Below, in pieces: positions 1-10,186 of a stretch of DNA of 64,000 bases. A model generated the notes under the pieces. The model did no database searches, was not told the DNA's origin, and saw only the letters and a list, made by a program, of their open reading frames with translations. Where the stretch lies: the NCBI GenBank assembly GCA_942493265.1, contig OW818688.1, forward strand, positions 4,191,147-4,255,146, written 5' to 3'. This DNA is from an uncultured Bacteroidota bacterium (GTDB lineage: Bacteria > Bacteroidota > Bacteroidia > Bacteroidales > UBA12481). The first letter of the stretch is position 1, and every line of letters begins with the position of its first letter. The position numbers and the translations under genes were made by a program.

Positions 1-693
1 CTCGAGTGGTTCAACAAAAGCTGTTCTCCCGGTGGCGGATTCATCGTGTATTAAACCTTTAATCCGTCGTTTATGCGTAACCGGGATCGGAATCACGAGG
101 CGGCCGTCGCGGATGGAAGCCTGCACATCCTTCTCAATCCATCCCTCACTCCGGGCCTGTTGTAAAACCGACTCCATCCGCTTGCCTATACTTGCCTGAA
201 GATGAACCATTTCGTGACGCAAACGCTTGAGATCAGGCGATGCCTGGTCCTTTACCTGTCCGACTTTATTGAATATCTGGTCGAGCTTTTCCTGAATGAA
301 CGGAAATGTTTTGAGTTGTTTTGACTTCCCCCGGGTAACGGGTAAAACCTCGGCTGGCAGTTTATGAAAAAACAATTCTATCTGCCGCACCGATCCCAGC
401 ATCCTTCGAACATCCAGCCATTCAGGGACATCCAGAAATGAACCGGGTATACGACCTTTCCGGATGGCATTCCGGATATCCACCGGGGCCAGTTCCGGAA
501 AATCAGAATGATTCAGGATGATATCGGCGAATTCCACCACATCCAGCTGCATGGCCGTCACCTCTTCGAAAACGGCTGAGGAATGCATGGATTCAGCCAT
601 TTCACGGCCTAAGGGTGTAACACACAGGTCGACAACCTTGTGCCGTACCTGACTGAAACCGATTTTATCTTCGAAAGTATCAGGATAAACCAA
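1..693 (-). CDS. mutS2: Endonuclease MutS2, N-terminal part (gene runs off the left window edge)
   Basis: Not in the ORF track because it is open at the window edge. My own minus-strand translation from TTG at 691-693 gives (M)VYPDTFEDKIGFSQVRHKVVDLCVTPLGRE.... This matches the typical MutS2 N-terminus (xIYPxxFExKIGFxxIR). The frame appeared open through the stretch I translated by hand and the track lists no competing ORF in 1..693. Confidence 0.7.
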   Translation of the reverse strand, partial: MVYPDTFEDKIGFSQVRHKVVDLCVTPLGREMAESMHSSAVFEEVTAMQLDVVEFADIILNHSDFPELAPVDIRNAIRKGRIPGSFLDVPEWLDVRRMLGSVRQIELFFHKLPAEVLPVTRGKSKQLKTFPFIQEKLDQIFNKVGQVKDQASPDLKRLRHEMVHLQASIGKRMESVLQQARSEGWIEKDVQASIRDGRLVIPIPVTHKRRIKGLIHDESATGRTAFVEPLE

Positions 694-741
694 CTTGCAA
701 TCTTTTAGTTTGACTGCAAAAATAGCAATTTGAATGCGGTT

Positions 742-2487
742 TTACGACAGGTGCGGACTGAGAGCACCCAGAAGTTGTGCCGGCCGGATCGGTTTGGGGA
801 TTGCGGAGATGCATCCCAGATCGAGGCATGTTTTATTCAGGATCGATCCTTCAAATGGAATGATTGCGATAATGGGAATTTCATGCAGACTGACCGACAG
901 AAGGTTAATTGAATCTTCAACTGTTGCATCATTCAGCTGTGCCGAAACTATGACCGCATCAACGGGATTGGTCCTGTCGAGGTAATTCAATGCTTCTTTC
1001 ATGGATTTTGCCCAGAAAAGATTAACACGGGTTTGCCTTAATATCATTTCGATATTCAGGTAAACCATCTCTTCCGGCTCCAGAACCAGAATCACCTTGC
1101 TGTTCCAGTTATCCAAACGGATCGATCCACTCAGGTCAGCCATTTCAGCAATCAGGCCGGCTTCAACCGGAACCTCCTGGATTTCAGGTGCCATAACAGG
1201 AGTAAGCTTACTCACGATATCAATCAGCGATTCGGTTATCGGTTCTTCTTTAAACTGGCTTACCGGCAATGAAACATAGAACGTTGAACCGGCACCCAGA
1301 CTGGATTCCACCCAGATCCGGCCACCCATCAGTTCCGTCAGGCCTTTGCAGATGGCCAGTCCCATTCCCGTTCCGCCATATTCCTGGCGCGTACCGGTCA
1401 TCACGCGGCTGAATCGCTCGAAAATCATTCCCTGCTTCTCGCGGGCTATTCCGATTCCACTGTCCTGAACATAAAATAAAACGGTATCGGTATTGTCCAT
1501 TTTCACACCGAACTCAACAAAACCGCTGCTGGTAAATTTTACGGCATTATCCAGCAGATGGCGCAATATCCGGTTGATCTTCACCCCGTCAGCCATAACC
1601 GTCCAGTCAACCTGCTCACTGATTCCGTCAACCAGCAGCTGAACATCCCTTTTCCCTGATTCCTGCAGGGTTTCATTAAAGTAGGCAAAGAGCTCACCCA
1701 GCAGCCGGGTTAATGAGAGACGCTGGTTTTCCTGAACAATCTGGCCCGCATCCAATTTTGAAATATCAATGATATCGTCGATCAGCTGGAGTAACGATTG
1801 CCCGCTGTTTTTGATATGTTCGATAAACTCGTTGCGCTCCTCTTTACTCACCGATGAATCATTGAGCAAATTGGAGAATCCGATAATTGCATTCATGGGG
1901 GTCCTGATCTCGTGCGACATATTAGCAAGAAACGCAGACTTCAGGTTATCCGCCTGTTCGGCCCGGGCCTTAGCTTCAATCAGCTTAATTTCAGTATTCT
2001 TAAGCGAAGTTACATCATGAAATACAAGCATCTTTCCAAGAATCCCACCGTGCTTGTCGAACAGGGGATTAATATCAAGAAGATAATAGAATACCTCGCT
2101 GCCAACCTGTACCTGGATATCCTGATGTTTTCGTGAAGTGTACCTGAGGTTTTCCAGAACCTCCTTAAAAGATTGGAAAACGGTTTCGGCAGGCTGGCCT
2201 TTCACAGCGGCTAGTGTGACCCTGAAAATTTTCCGTGCAGATGAATTAAGGTCCAGAATGAGATTCTGCCGGTCGAGAATAATCAGCCCGTCAATCATCC
2301 TGTCAACAACGGCCCTCCTGGCTACCATGACGATTTTATTGAACCGGTTAAAATAAACCGGGCGCATTGCCAGCCTCCTTTTCCGCCATATATAAATCAA
2401 TATCGCGACAAAAAAAGCAGCCAGAATAACCAGCGGCAAAAGAAATTTCAAGGTATGGTATGTTGTATCCGTTCCCACTTTTTCCAA
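742..2487 (-). CDS. Membrane PAS sensor histidine kinase with degenerate C-terminal receiver-like domain
   Basis: 581-aa ORF with an N-terminal TM helix (LPLVILAAFFVAILIYIW) and a PAS-like region. H-box FLANMSHEIRTPMNAIIGF. HATPase motifs (DSGIGI, GGTGMGLAICK). The C-terminal ~120 aa have a REC-like layout. Confidence 0.85.
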   Translation of the reverse strand: MEKVGTDTTYHTLKFLLPLVILAAFFVAILIYIWRKRRLAMRPVYFNRFNKIVMVARRAVVDRMIDGLIILDRQNLILDLNSSARKIFRVTLAAVKGQPAETVFQSFKEVLENLRYTSRKHQDIQVQVGSEVFYYLLDINPLFDKHGGILGKMLVFHDVTSLKNTEIKLIEAKARAEQADNLKSAFLANMSHEIRTPMNAIIGFSNLLNDSSVSKEERNEFIEHIKNSGQSLLQLIDDIIDISKLDAGQIVQENQRLSLTRLLGELFAYFNETLQESGKRDVQLLVDGISEQVDWTVMADGVKINRILRHLLDNAVKFTSSGFVEFGVKMDNTDTVLFYVQDSGIGIAREKQGMIFERFSRVMTGTRQEYGGTGMGLAICKGLTELMGGRIWVESSLGAGSTFYVSLPVSQFKEEPITESLIDIVSKLTPVMAPEIQEVPVEAGLIAEMADLSGSIRLDNWNSKVILVLEPEEMVYLNIEMILRQTRVNLFWAKSMKEALNYLDRTNPVDAVIVSAQLNDATVEDSINLLSVSLHEIPIIAIIPFEGSILNKTCLDLGCISAIPKPIRPAQLLGALSPHLS

Positions 2488-2696
2488 TTCTTCCCCTTGC
2501 CTTCCAGATAATGGAAGTTTTAGGATTTCTTAACTAACCCAATGCTAATCCTGATCAAAAACACATAATAGTTAACTAATTCATTATTTGCCAGATAATT
2601 CATTCCGCAGGTTCTTTTTTAAATTAAAAACGCAACGTTTTATATAATTCCGGGAAAATCAGCCAATAATGATGCCATTTTTTTTCCTTTGCAGTT

Positions 2697-3356
2697 ATGG
2701 AAAATTTACCCTTTGCTTACCGGCACATCATTTGGGATTGGAATGGAACTTTACTCAATGACAAGTGGCTATGCATTGAATCCATCGGTACCTTGCTACT
2801 GGCGCGGAATCTGCCGCCTATTGATGAGGAACGTTATGACCGCATTTTCCGGTTTCCGGTAAAAGATTATTACCAGGATGCCGGTTTCAATTTTCTGCTG
2901 GAACCTTTTGAGGTGCCTGCCATGGAATTCATCAGAATTTATGATAGCCGGAAAAAAGAGTGCCGTCTGCACCCGGGAGCAGTCCGGATTTTGGAATTGT
3001 TTGCCTCCCTGGGATGCTCCCAATACCTTCTATCTGCGAGTGAGACCGGAATACTCAGGGAAATGACGGAGCATTTCGGGATATCCGGGTTTTTTACGAA
3101 AATACAAGGTCTTGATAATCATTATGCCCACGGTAAAGGGGATCTGGGACTGGAATTATTGGCAACCATTGATGCGCCAAAGGAATCCATCGTCATGATC
3201 GGCGACACCTGTCATGATAAAGAAGTTGCTGATCTACTTGGAGTTGCATCGATCCTCTGCACCAGCGGACACTTTCCTGAATACCGCCTGATGGGTTGCG
3301 GAAGCCGATTAATTGGAAATCTGGAGGAACTGGCAAACCAGGTATCAGGAATTTAA
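2697..3356 (+). CDS. HAD-superfamily hydrolase (phosphoglycolate phosphatase-like)
   Basis: 219-aa ORF with HAD motif I-like WDWNGTL near the N-terminus and motif IV-like MIGDTCHD. Confidence 0.7.
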   Translation: MENLPFAYRHIIWDWNGTLLNDKWLCIESIGTLLLARNLPPIDEERYDRIFRFPVKDYYQDAGFNFLLEPFEVPAMEFIRIYDSRKKECRLHPGAVRILELFASLGCSQYLLSASETGILREMTEHFGISGFFTKIQGLDNHYAHGKGDLGLELLATIDAPKESIVMIGDTCHDKEVADLLGVASILCTSGHFPEYRLMGCGSRLIGNLEELANQVSGI

Positions 3357-5480
3357 TCCTTTCATAGTCAGCTGTATTCTCTTTCTGGAGGCATCCACCT
3401 CAAGAACCTTGACTTTGACATGCTGATGAAGCTTGACCACCTCTGCAGGATCAGTTATATATTTATCAGCCATTTGCGACACATGGACCAGCCCGTCCTG
3501 CTTGACCCCCACATCAACAAAAGCTCCGAAACGGGTAATATTGGTAACAATTCCGGGTAGTATCATCCCCGGTTTTACATCCTCAATTTTCTGAACCTCC
3601 TGTGAGAATTCAAAAAGGCGGATCTTACCCCGCGGGTCCCGTCCCGGCTTGCTCAGCTCACTCAGGATATCCACCAGCGTTGGTATTCCGATTTCCGCAG
3701 TCACATATTTTTCAGGTTTTATCAGAGCCCGTTTAGCCGGATCATGAATCAATTCAGCAACCGAGCAGCCCATATCGGCAGCCATCCGTTCAACAACCGG
3801 ATAGGCTTCAGGATGCACAGCACTATCATCCAATGGATTAACAGCTCCACGAATCCGCAGGAATCCCGCTGCCTGTTCAAATGCCTTGGCTCCCAAACGG
3901 GGTACTTTCTTTAGCTCCTCACGGCTTTTAAAGGGACCGTTGGTTTTGATAAAGGCCGCCACATTTTTAGCCAGCGACGGTCCCAGTCCGGATACATAAG
4001 TCAGCAAATGATGGCTCGAGGTATTAACCTGAACCCCAACCCGGTTAACACAACTGATAACCACATGGTCGAGGCTTTCCTGCAATTTTTTCTGATCCAC
4101 ATCGTGCTGATACTGGCCAACGCCGATTGATTTAGGATCGATTTTGACCAGCTCGGCGAGCGGATCCATCAGCCGCCTGCCGATGGAGACCGATCCCCTT
4201 ACGGTAACATCGTACTCCGGGAATTCCTGACGGGCAATATCTGAAGCTGAATAAACCGAAGCCCCGTTCTCACTCACTACATATACTTCAATATCCTTCT
4301 CAAAGCGGATATAATTCTTAATGAAATATTCAGTCTCCCGGCTTGCAGTACCGTTACCGATTGCAATAGCCTCTGTTTTATAGGCATCAACCAGCGACTT
4401 CACCTTTTTAGCCGCGACAGAAGTCTCGCGCTGAGGCGGATGAGGGAATATCGTTTCGTTGTGCAGCAGGTTTCCCTGGCGGTCGAGACAAACCAGTTTG
4501 CATCCCGATCTGAAACCCGGATCAATAGCCAGGATATTTTTCTCTCCCAGGGGGGGCATCAGCAGGAGCTGCTGGAGATTATCAGCAAAAACCTTGATTG
4601 CTTCCTCATCGGCCTTATCCTTATAGATGTTCCGGTACTCGGTTTCGATGGAAGGCTCCAGTAAACGGCCATAACTATCCTTAGCGGCCAGCCTTACCTG
4701 TTCAGCATTGGGATTCCGGCCCTTCACCACTGAAGCATTGATCTTATCAAGGGCTTCCATCTGATCGGGCTGAATGCTGACACGCAAAAAGCCCTCCCTT
4801 TCGCCGCGGAAAAGAGCCATAAGGCGATGTGACGGACATTTTCGCAGCGGTTCACAGAAATCGAAATAATCTGAAAATTTGACTCCTTCCTCCTCTTTTT
4901 TCTTGACTACGGATGAAATGACATAAGCCTCACGGTCGAACAGGTTCCGCAAAATATTGCGAACACGCTGATCCTCATTGATCCACTCGGCAATGATATC
5001 GCGCGCACCCTCCAGGGCTTCCTCTTCCGATGCAACCTGGTCATTCAGGTATTTCCCTGCCAGGAGGGCTGGGTCGCCATCGCGCTGAGCCATAATCACC
5101 TGCGCAAGTGGTTCCAGTCCCTTCTCCTTAGCCTTGGTTCCCCTGGTTTTCTTTTTAGGTTTATAAGGCAGATAAAGATCATCGAGTTCAGTCATGGTAT
5201 TCGCCTGCCTGATTTTTTCCGCCAGTTCGGGAGTCAGCAAACCCAAACCGGTAATGGTTTCAATAATCGTTTGGCGCCGGTCATCCATTTCAGCCAGCTT
5301 TTCCGATTGCTTTTTGATTTCCATCAGGGCAACCTCATCGAGGCTCCCGGTTTTTTCCTTTCTATAGCGGCTGATAAACGGGATGGTAGCTGCTTCCTCA
5401 AAAAGGTGCAGGGTATTTCGCACCTGCCATTGCTCAACGTGCAGGTTCGAGGAGATAATCTTTACGTGGTTGTCGTTCAT
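3345..5480 (-). CDS. tex: Tex-like transcription accessory protein (YqgF/HHH/S1 domains)
   Basis: 711-aa ORF. N-terminus IPFISRYRKE and the C-terminal S1 domain (GIVTNITRFGAFVDVGVKQDGLVHVSQM) are characteristic of Tex. Confidence 0.9.
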   Translation of the reverse strand: MNDNHVKIISSNLHVEQWQVRNTLHLFEEAATIPFISRYRKEKTGSLDEVALMEIKKQSEKLAEMDDRRQTIIETITGLGLLTPELAEKIRQANTMTELDDLYLPYKPKKKTRGTKAKEKGLEPLAQVIMAQRDGDPALLAGKYLNDQVASEEEALEGARDIIAEWINEDQRVRNILRNLFDREAYVISSVVKKKEEEGVKFSDYFDFCEPLRKCPSHRLMALFRGEREGFLRVSIQPDQMEALDKINASVVKGRNPNAEQVRLAAKDSYGRLLEPSIETEYRNIYKDKADEEAIKVFADNLQQLLLMPPLGEKNILAIDPGFRSGCKLVCLDRQGNLLHNETIFPHPPQRETSVAAKKVKSLVDAYKTEAIAIGNGTASRETEYFIKNYIRFEKDIEVYVVSENGASVYSASDIARQEFPEYDVTVRGSVSIGRRLMDPLAELVKIDPKSIGVGQYQHDVDQKKLQESLDHVVISCVNRVGVQVNTSSHHLLTYVSGLGPSLAKNVAAFIKTNGPFKSREELKKVPRLGAKAFEQAAGFLRIRGAVNPLDDSAVHPEAYPVVERMAADMGCSVAELIHDPAKRALIKPEKYVTAEIGIPTLVDILSELSKPGRDPRGKIRLFEFSQEVQKIEDVKPGMILPGIVTNITRFGAFVDVGVKQDGLVHVSQMADKYITDPAEVVKLHQHVKVKVLEVDASRKRIQLTMKGLNS

Positions 5481-7603
5481 GAGAGTAGTTCGTCTGATCT
5501 TCTGACTTCTATAACACCTTTAGTTCGTTTGATGCGGTTCATCACAGTTTCCAGATGCGGCCGGTCCTGCACGATCAGCGTATAGGTGCCTTCAAACAGG
5601 CCATCTTTGGAAACCAGGTTCATGGAACGCATGCTGACCTTTAGGTCGGAGGCAATCAACCTGCTTATTTCGTTGACTACCATAATACTGTCTTTTCCAA
5701 TAATAAGAACGTTTACCGTGAAGCCACCGGAGGCTCCATGCTGATCGGTCCAGCGAACCTTCACAATTCGGTAAGGATATCGCTCGATCATCTGTTTGGC
5801 ATTGGGACAATTAACGCGATGAATTTTCGTACCCTCCTTAACAGTTACGAAACCATACACTTCATCGCCGAAAATCGGGTTGCAGCATTTCGAAAGCTTA
5901 TAATCGACATTGCCCAAAGTATCATCAATAACCAGATAATCCTGCGTTTGCGAGGAGGTTTTAACAAAACTGTCGACCGTTTTTGTGGTCGCCAGCTTTT
6001 CTTTGATGAGCTCTGAGGGTGCCTTGTCCCGGAGAAAATCCCGGATGGAAGCCAGGTCGATTTTATTCTCCGACAGCTGCTGATAGAGTTCGAGGGCATC
6101 TTTCAGGTTCAGCCAGTTCACGATGCGCTGGATGGTTGACACATCAAACTTTATCCGCCACTGACTGAGTTTTCGGGTCAGCATCTCTTTTCCAAGATCA
6201 GCATCCTGATAATCAGCTTGTTTTAAAAACCGTTTGATCCGGGCTTTAGCTTTGGACGAAAAGACCCAGTTGAGCCAGTCTGTTTTCGGCTTTTGCTGCT
6301 GGGAGGTGGTCACTTCCACCTGGTCGCCATTGGTCAGTTTAAACCGGATGGGCACCATTTGTCCGTTTACTTTAGCACCCGTGCAATGGTAACCCACATC
6401 GCTGTGAACGGCAAATGCAAAATCCAGAACGGTGGATCCGGCGGTCAGTTTGAGAAGATCGCCTTTGGGAGTGAAAATATATATCTGGTCGGAATAGAGT
6501 TCCGTTTTCGCCTTTGATTCCCCGGCATTTCCTGACTCCACCGCAGCCAGGGCATCGCGGATCTGCGACAGCCATTCGGTTCCCTCGGCATCGCCGCGAT
6601 TTTCCTTATAGCGCCAGTGAGCGGCATGTCCCTTTTCGGCAATGGCATCCATTCGCCCCGTGCGGATCTGGACTTCCACCCAGCGGCCTTCAGGTCCGAT
6701 CACCGTGGTATGCAATGATTCGTATCCGTTCATTTTAGGAGTGGAAATCCAATCGCGCAGCCTGTTTGGATTGGGCTGATAAAGATCTGTTACAAGGGAA
6801 TATACCTGCCAGCAGTCGGCCTTTTCATTTTCCGAAGCATTCCGGAGGATGATACGTATGGCAAAAAGGTCATATACTTCATCAAATTCCACGGACTGAT
6901 GTACCATCTTTTTCCAGATGGAGGGAATAGATTTTGTTCTTCCCTTAATATCACATTGATATCCATGCGATTGCAACTCTTTCGACAGCGGGCTGATAAA
7001 CCTCGCCACATATTCATCCCGGTTCGACCGGGTTTCGGCCAACCGGCGGGAAACATCGCGGTAAATATCCGGAAGGAGGTATTTCATTGATGCCCCCTCA
7101 AATTCATTCTTGATCAGATACAAACCCAGCCGGTGTGCGATGGGGGCAAAGAGGTCGCCGGCATCATGGGCAAGTTTGATACGATTATCTTCCGGAAGTG
7201 ATTCGATCGAGCGGATCTCCTGAAGGCGTTCCCCGGTTTTTATCAGGATTACCCTCACATCATCGGATATACTGAGCAGCAGCTGGATAAATTTATCGGC
7301 ATGAATTTTTGATCGCGAGGTATTGAGCCTTTCAATTTTCTTTAATCCCTCCAGTATATTCACCAGCGGTACGCAGAAATTCTCCATCACCTGTGTGGCG
7401 TCCATCCATCCGTTATTATATGGAATGGTGAGCAGGCAGGCGGCATGTGATGTTTCGCCCAGTCCGAGGTCGTTAAGTATGATCGGGATTAATTCCGAAA
7501 GTTTATTTCGGATCTGGTTGGCTTCCTGCTCAGGTAAAGTTGCCAGATAGTTGTTCAGCCACTCCTGTGCGCGTTCGGGAAGCTTAACTTCCAGCGTATT
7601 CAT
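5477..7603 (-). CDS. RelA/SpoT-homolog (p)ppGpp synthetase; hydrolase HD motif appears degenerate
   Basis: 708-aa ORF. Synthetase motifs are intact (GRTKSIPSIWKKM, YDLFAIRIIL, NGYESLHTTV, EVQIRT, HAAHWRYKE) and TGS/ACT-like C-terminal regions are present. The start overlaps the tex stop by 4 nt. Confidence 0.85.
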   Translation of the reverse strand: MNTLEVKLPERAQEWLNNYLATLPEQEANQIRNKLSELIPIILNDLGLGETSHAACLLTIPYNNGWMDATQVMENFCVPLVNILEGLKKIERLNTSRSKIHADKFIQLLLSISDDVRVILIKTGERLQEIRSIESLPEDNRIKLAHDAGDLFAPIAHRLGLYLIKNEFEGASMKYLLPDIYRDVSRRLAETRSNRDEYVARFISPLSKELQSHGYQCDIKGRTKSIPSIWKKMVHQSVEFDEVYDLFAIRIILRNASENEKADCWQVYSLVTDLYQPNPNRLRDWISTPKMNGYESLHTTVIGPEGRWVEVQIRTGRMDAIAEKGHAAHWRYKENRGDAEGTEWLSQIRDALAAVESGNAGESKAKTELYSDQIYIFTPKGDLLKLTAGSTVLDFAFAVHSDVGYHCTGAKVNGQMVPIRFKLTNGDQVEVTTSQQQKPKTDWLNWVFSSKAKARIKRFLKQADYQDADLGKEMLTRKLSQWRIKFDVSTIQRIVNWLNLKDALELYQQLSENKIDLASIRDFLRDKAPSELIKEKLATTKTVDSFVKTSSQTQDYLVIDDTLGNVDYKLSKCCNPIFGDEVYGFVTVKEGTKIHRVNCPNAKQMIERYPYRIVKVRWTDQHGASGGFTVNVLIIGKDSIMVVNEISRLIASDLKVSMRSMNLVSKDGLFEGTYTLIVQDRPHLETVMNRIKRTKGVIEVRRSDELLS

Positions 7604-8235
7604 GGTGTACCGTTTTGAATAAGCTTAAGATAGATTTCGAGAGAAACCCAGGCATCAGTGGCTGCATAAACCATTTGAGCCTCGGTTAGCGTATCGGCTT
7701 CCCAGTTCGACAATTGCTGTGATTTGGAAATCCGGAAACCCAGCACGATGGCTGCCATCTTTTTTACACCTATATTTTCAATACCATAATTCTTAACAAT
7801 ATCCTGAAGATCAATGAATCCGCTTGTCTGATGCGGATAAACCGCCTTTAGCGCACGAATATCCTCATGGATGGCCGCGCCGATCTTCAACGGGCTGGCG
7901 TGGGTCAGTATTTTCCCGAGTGCCGGGAAATGCCCCAGTTTATGCATCCGGAATAAAAAAGCCTCATCCCGGGTAGCCAGCTGCAACAGAGAAACCGGGT
8001 TTAGCTTACCCTTCTTGAAAGTAGGCTTTGTTTCCGTATCGAAACCGACAATATCGGCCCGGGATAATCTCCGGATCGCTTCAACAGCTTCTTCTTCATT
8101 CGTAATAACATGAATGGTACCCTGAAAACTTCTTAGTGGCAGGGCATTCAATTCATCAGGTTCGATATGACTGGCAAAATTCATTAAAAAATCAAGGTTA
8201 ACCGGTCCAAATATATCCGTTTTATTCTTCTTCAC
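7600..8235 (-). CDS. 3'-5' exonuclease (DEDDy, RNase D / WRN-exonuclease-like)
   Basis: 211-aa ORF with Exo motifs GFDTET and YAATDAW. It overlaps the flanking genes, consistent with an operon. Confidence 0.8.
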   Translation of the reverse strand: MKKNKTDIFGPVNLDFLMNFASHIEPDELNALPLRSFQGTIHVITNEEEAVEAIRRLSRADIVGFDTETKPTFKKGKLNPVSLLQLATRDEAFLFRMHKLGHFPALGKILTHASPLKIGAAIHEDIRALKAVYPHQTSGFIDLQDIVKNYGIENIGVKKMAAIVLGFRISKSQQLSNWEADTLTEAQMVYAATDAWVSLEIYLKLIQNGTP

Positions 8236-10159
8236 CCACCCATTTCAGGAATCCGTCAACCCAGGCGATCAGTTTTCCTTCAAACATATCGTCCAAAATG
8301 CGGGTAATCTTGTCAGGATCAGCTTCAATTTTAACATTAATATCCTGCATGGTCACCGGTCCGTTTTTGATCATTTCGCGAATCTGCCCGGCAAGCTGAT
8401 CCTGATCATAACGGTGGAGCGGCTTTTCCTCACTTTCCATGCAAACATCACACTGTCCGCACCTGAAGGGATCTTTTTCACCAAAATACATCAGCAACAT
8501 CTGGCTGCGGCACCGGTGCTCCTCTGTGGCATAGGTAATCATGGTATCCATCCGCTTCCGGGTTATCTCCTGCTGCTCGTCATATGCAGCTTTTGGAAAA
8601 AGCAACGACTTATCATTCAGCCGTTCAGCAGTAAAAATAATCTGCGGGGTTTTTTTAGGCTTTATATAATATAATATGCCCATGTTATTGAGCGTGGAGA
8701 GAACATTCACAATGGTCAGCACCGGAACCTTGGCTTTTGCCGCGAGGTTATATTCATCAATCCTTACAAAATCGGTAAACATGCCGGAATACACCCGCAG
8801 GATTAATTTTATGATGCCATCGAAACCCTCGTTAACGATCTGAAATTTATACAGCTCATCCCGGTCGACCCGGAAATGTATCCGGGCCGGCAGGTCGATA
8901 TCCTCGGTAAGCTCAATATATCCGGCACGTTCCAGGTGTTTGAGTGCATGAAAGACTACCAGGGAGTGAAAAGGAAATTTTGAGCAGAAGTCCATCAGGT
9001 TGAAATCGAAAACCTGATTTTTGCCGGCGCCGGGCATAACCTGGTAATAATTTCCCAGGGCCTGGTATATCTTTCGTATCAGGTCAATTTCGGGAAATCT
9101 CACCAGATGGCTTTTCTCGAGCGACTGTTTATCTGCAGGCTGGTACAACAAAACCGCGTAAGCCTTTTTTCCATCGCGGCCCGCCCTGCCCGCTTCCTGA
9201 AAATAAGCTTCCGGGGAATCAGGTAAATCCATATGAATCACCACCCTCACATCCGGTTTATCGATACCCATGCCAAAAGCATTGGTGGCTACAATGATCC
9301 TGACCTTGCCGCGCGTCCAGTCATCCTGACGCAGTTTACGCTCCTTCTGATCGAGGCCCGCATGATAAAATTGAGATAAGATGCCCTGTTTGGTCAGGAA
9401 TTCTGCTATTTCCCTGGTTTTCTTTCTATTACGTGCATAAATGATCCCGCATCCTTTTTGCCGGGTGAGTATCCGCACCAGGTAAGCCAGTTTATCTTCG
9501 GTTTTTCTCACGAGATAAACCAGGTTCTTTCGTTCAAACGTCTGGCGGATGGTATTCTTTTCACGAAACAGCAGTTTATCCTGGATATCCTCCGCAACGG
9601 CATCAGTTGCGGTGGCCGTAAGGGCCAGCACGGGAATTCCGGGCAGATACTCGCGGATTCTGGCAATCTGCAGATAGGAAGGCCTGAAATCATAGCCCCA
9701 TTGTGATATGCAATGCGCCTCATCCACAGCGATAAGGTTAACCTTCATGCTTTCGAGGCGCTTGAGAAACAAATCGGATGACAGGCGTTCGGGTGAGAGG
9801 TACAGGAATTTATAATCGCCGTAAATACAATTATCCAGGGCGATATCCAGTTCAAATTTTGAGAGTCCGGAGTGGATGGCTACCGCCCGGATATTTCTCT
9901 TCTTAAGGTTTTCCACCTGGTCCTGCATCAGGGAGATGAGCGGGGTGATCACCAGGCAAAGGCCGTCACGGGCTAGTGCAGGTACCTGAAAGGTAATGGA
10001 TTTCCCTCCGCCGGTTGGCAAAAGAGCCAGCGTGTCCTTGTCCTGCATCACAGAGCGTATGATTTCCTCCTGCAACGGCCGGAACCCTGCATGGCCCCAA
10101 TATTGGGACAGTATTTTGTGAAAGGTCTCCAATTCAGTAAGAAATTTGTAATTTAGCAC
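8222..10159 (-). CDS. recQ: RecQ-family ATP-dependent DNA helicase
   Basis: 645-aa ORF with Walker A PTGGGKS, DEAH box VDEAHCISQWGYDFRPSY, motif VATNAFGMGIDKPDVR and an RQC zinc-finger Cys cluster. Confidence 0.9.
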   Translation of the reverse strand: MLNYKFLTELETFHKILSQYWGHAGFRPLQEEIIRSVMQDKDTLALLPTGGGKSITFQVPALARDGLCLVITPLISLMQDQVENLKKRNIRAVAIHSGLSKFELDIALDNCIYGDYKFLYLSPERLSSDLFLKRLESMKVNLIAVDEAHCISQWGYDFRPSYLQIARIREYLPGIPVLALTATATDAVAEDIQDKLLFREKNTIRQTFERKNLVYLVRKTEDKLAYLVRILTRQKGCGIIYARNRKKTREIAEFLTKQGILSQFYHAGLDQKERKLRQDDWTRGKVRIIVATNAFGMGIDKPDVRVVIHMDLPDSPEAYFQEAGRAGRDGKKAYAVLLYQPADKQSLEKSHLVRFPEIDLIRKIYQALGNYYQVMPGAGKNQVFDFNLMDFCSKFPFHSLVVFHALKHLERAGYIELTEDIDLPARIHFRVDRDELYKFQIVNEGFDGIIKLILRVYSGMFTDFVRIDEYNLAAKAKVPVLTIVNVLSTLNNMGILYYIKPKKTPQIIFTAERLNDKSLLFPKAAYDEQQEITRKRMDTMITYATEEHRCRSQMLLMYFGEKDPFRCGQCDVCMESEEKPLHRYDQDQLAGQIREMIKNGPVTMQDINVKIEADPDKITRILDDMFEGKLIAWVDGFLKWVGEEE

Positions 10160-10186
10160 AAATTTAGCAGAACTAAAATCTCCGAT

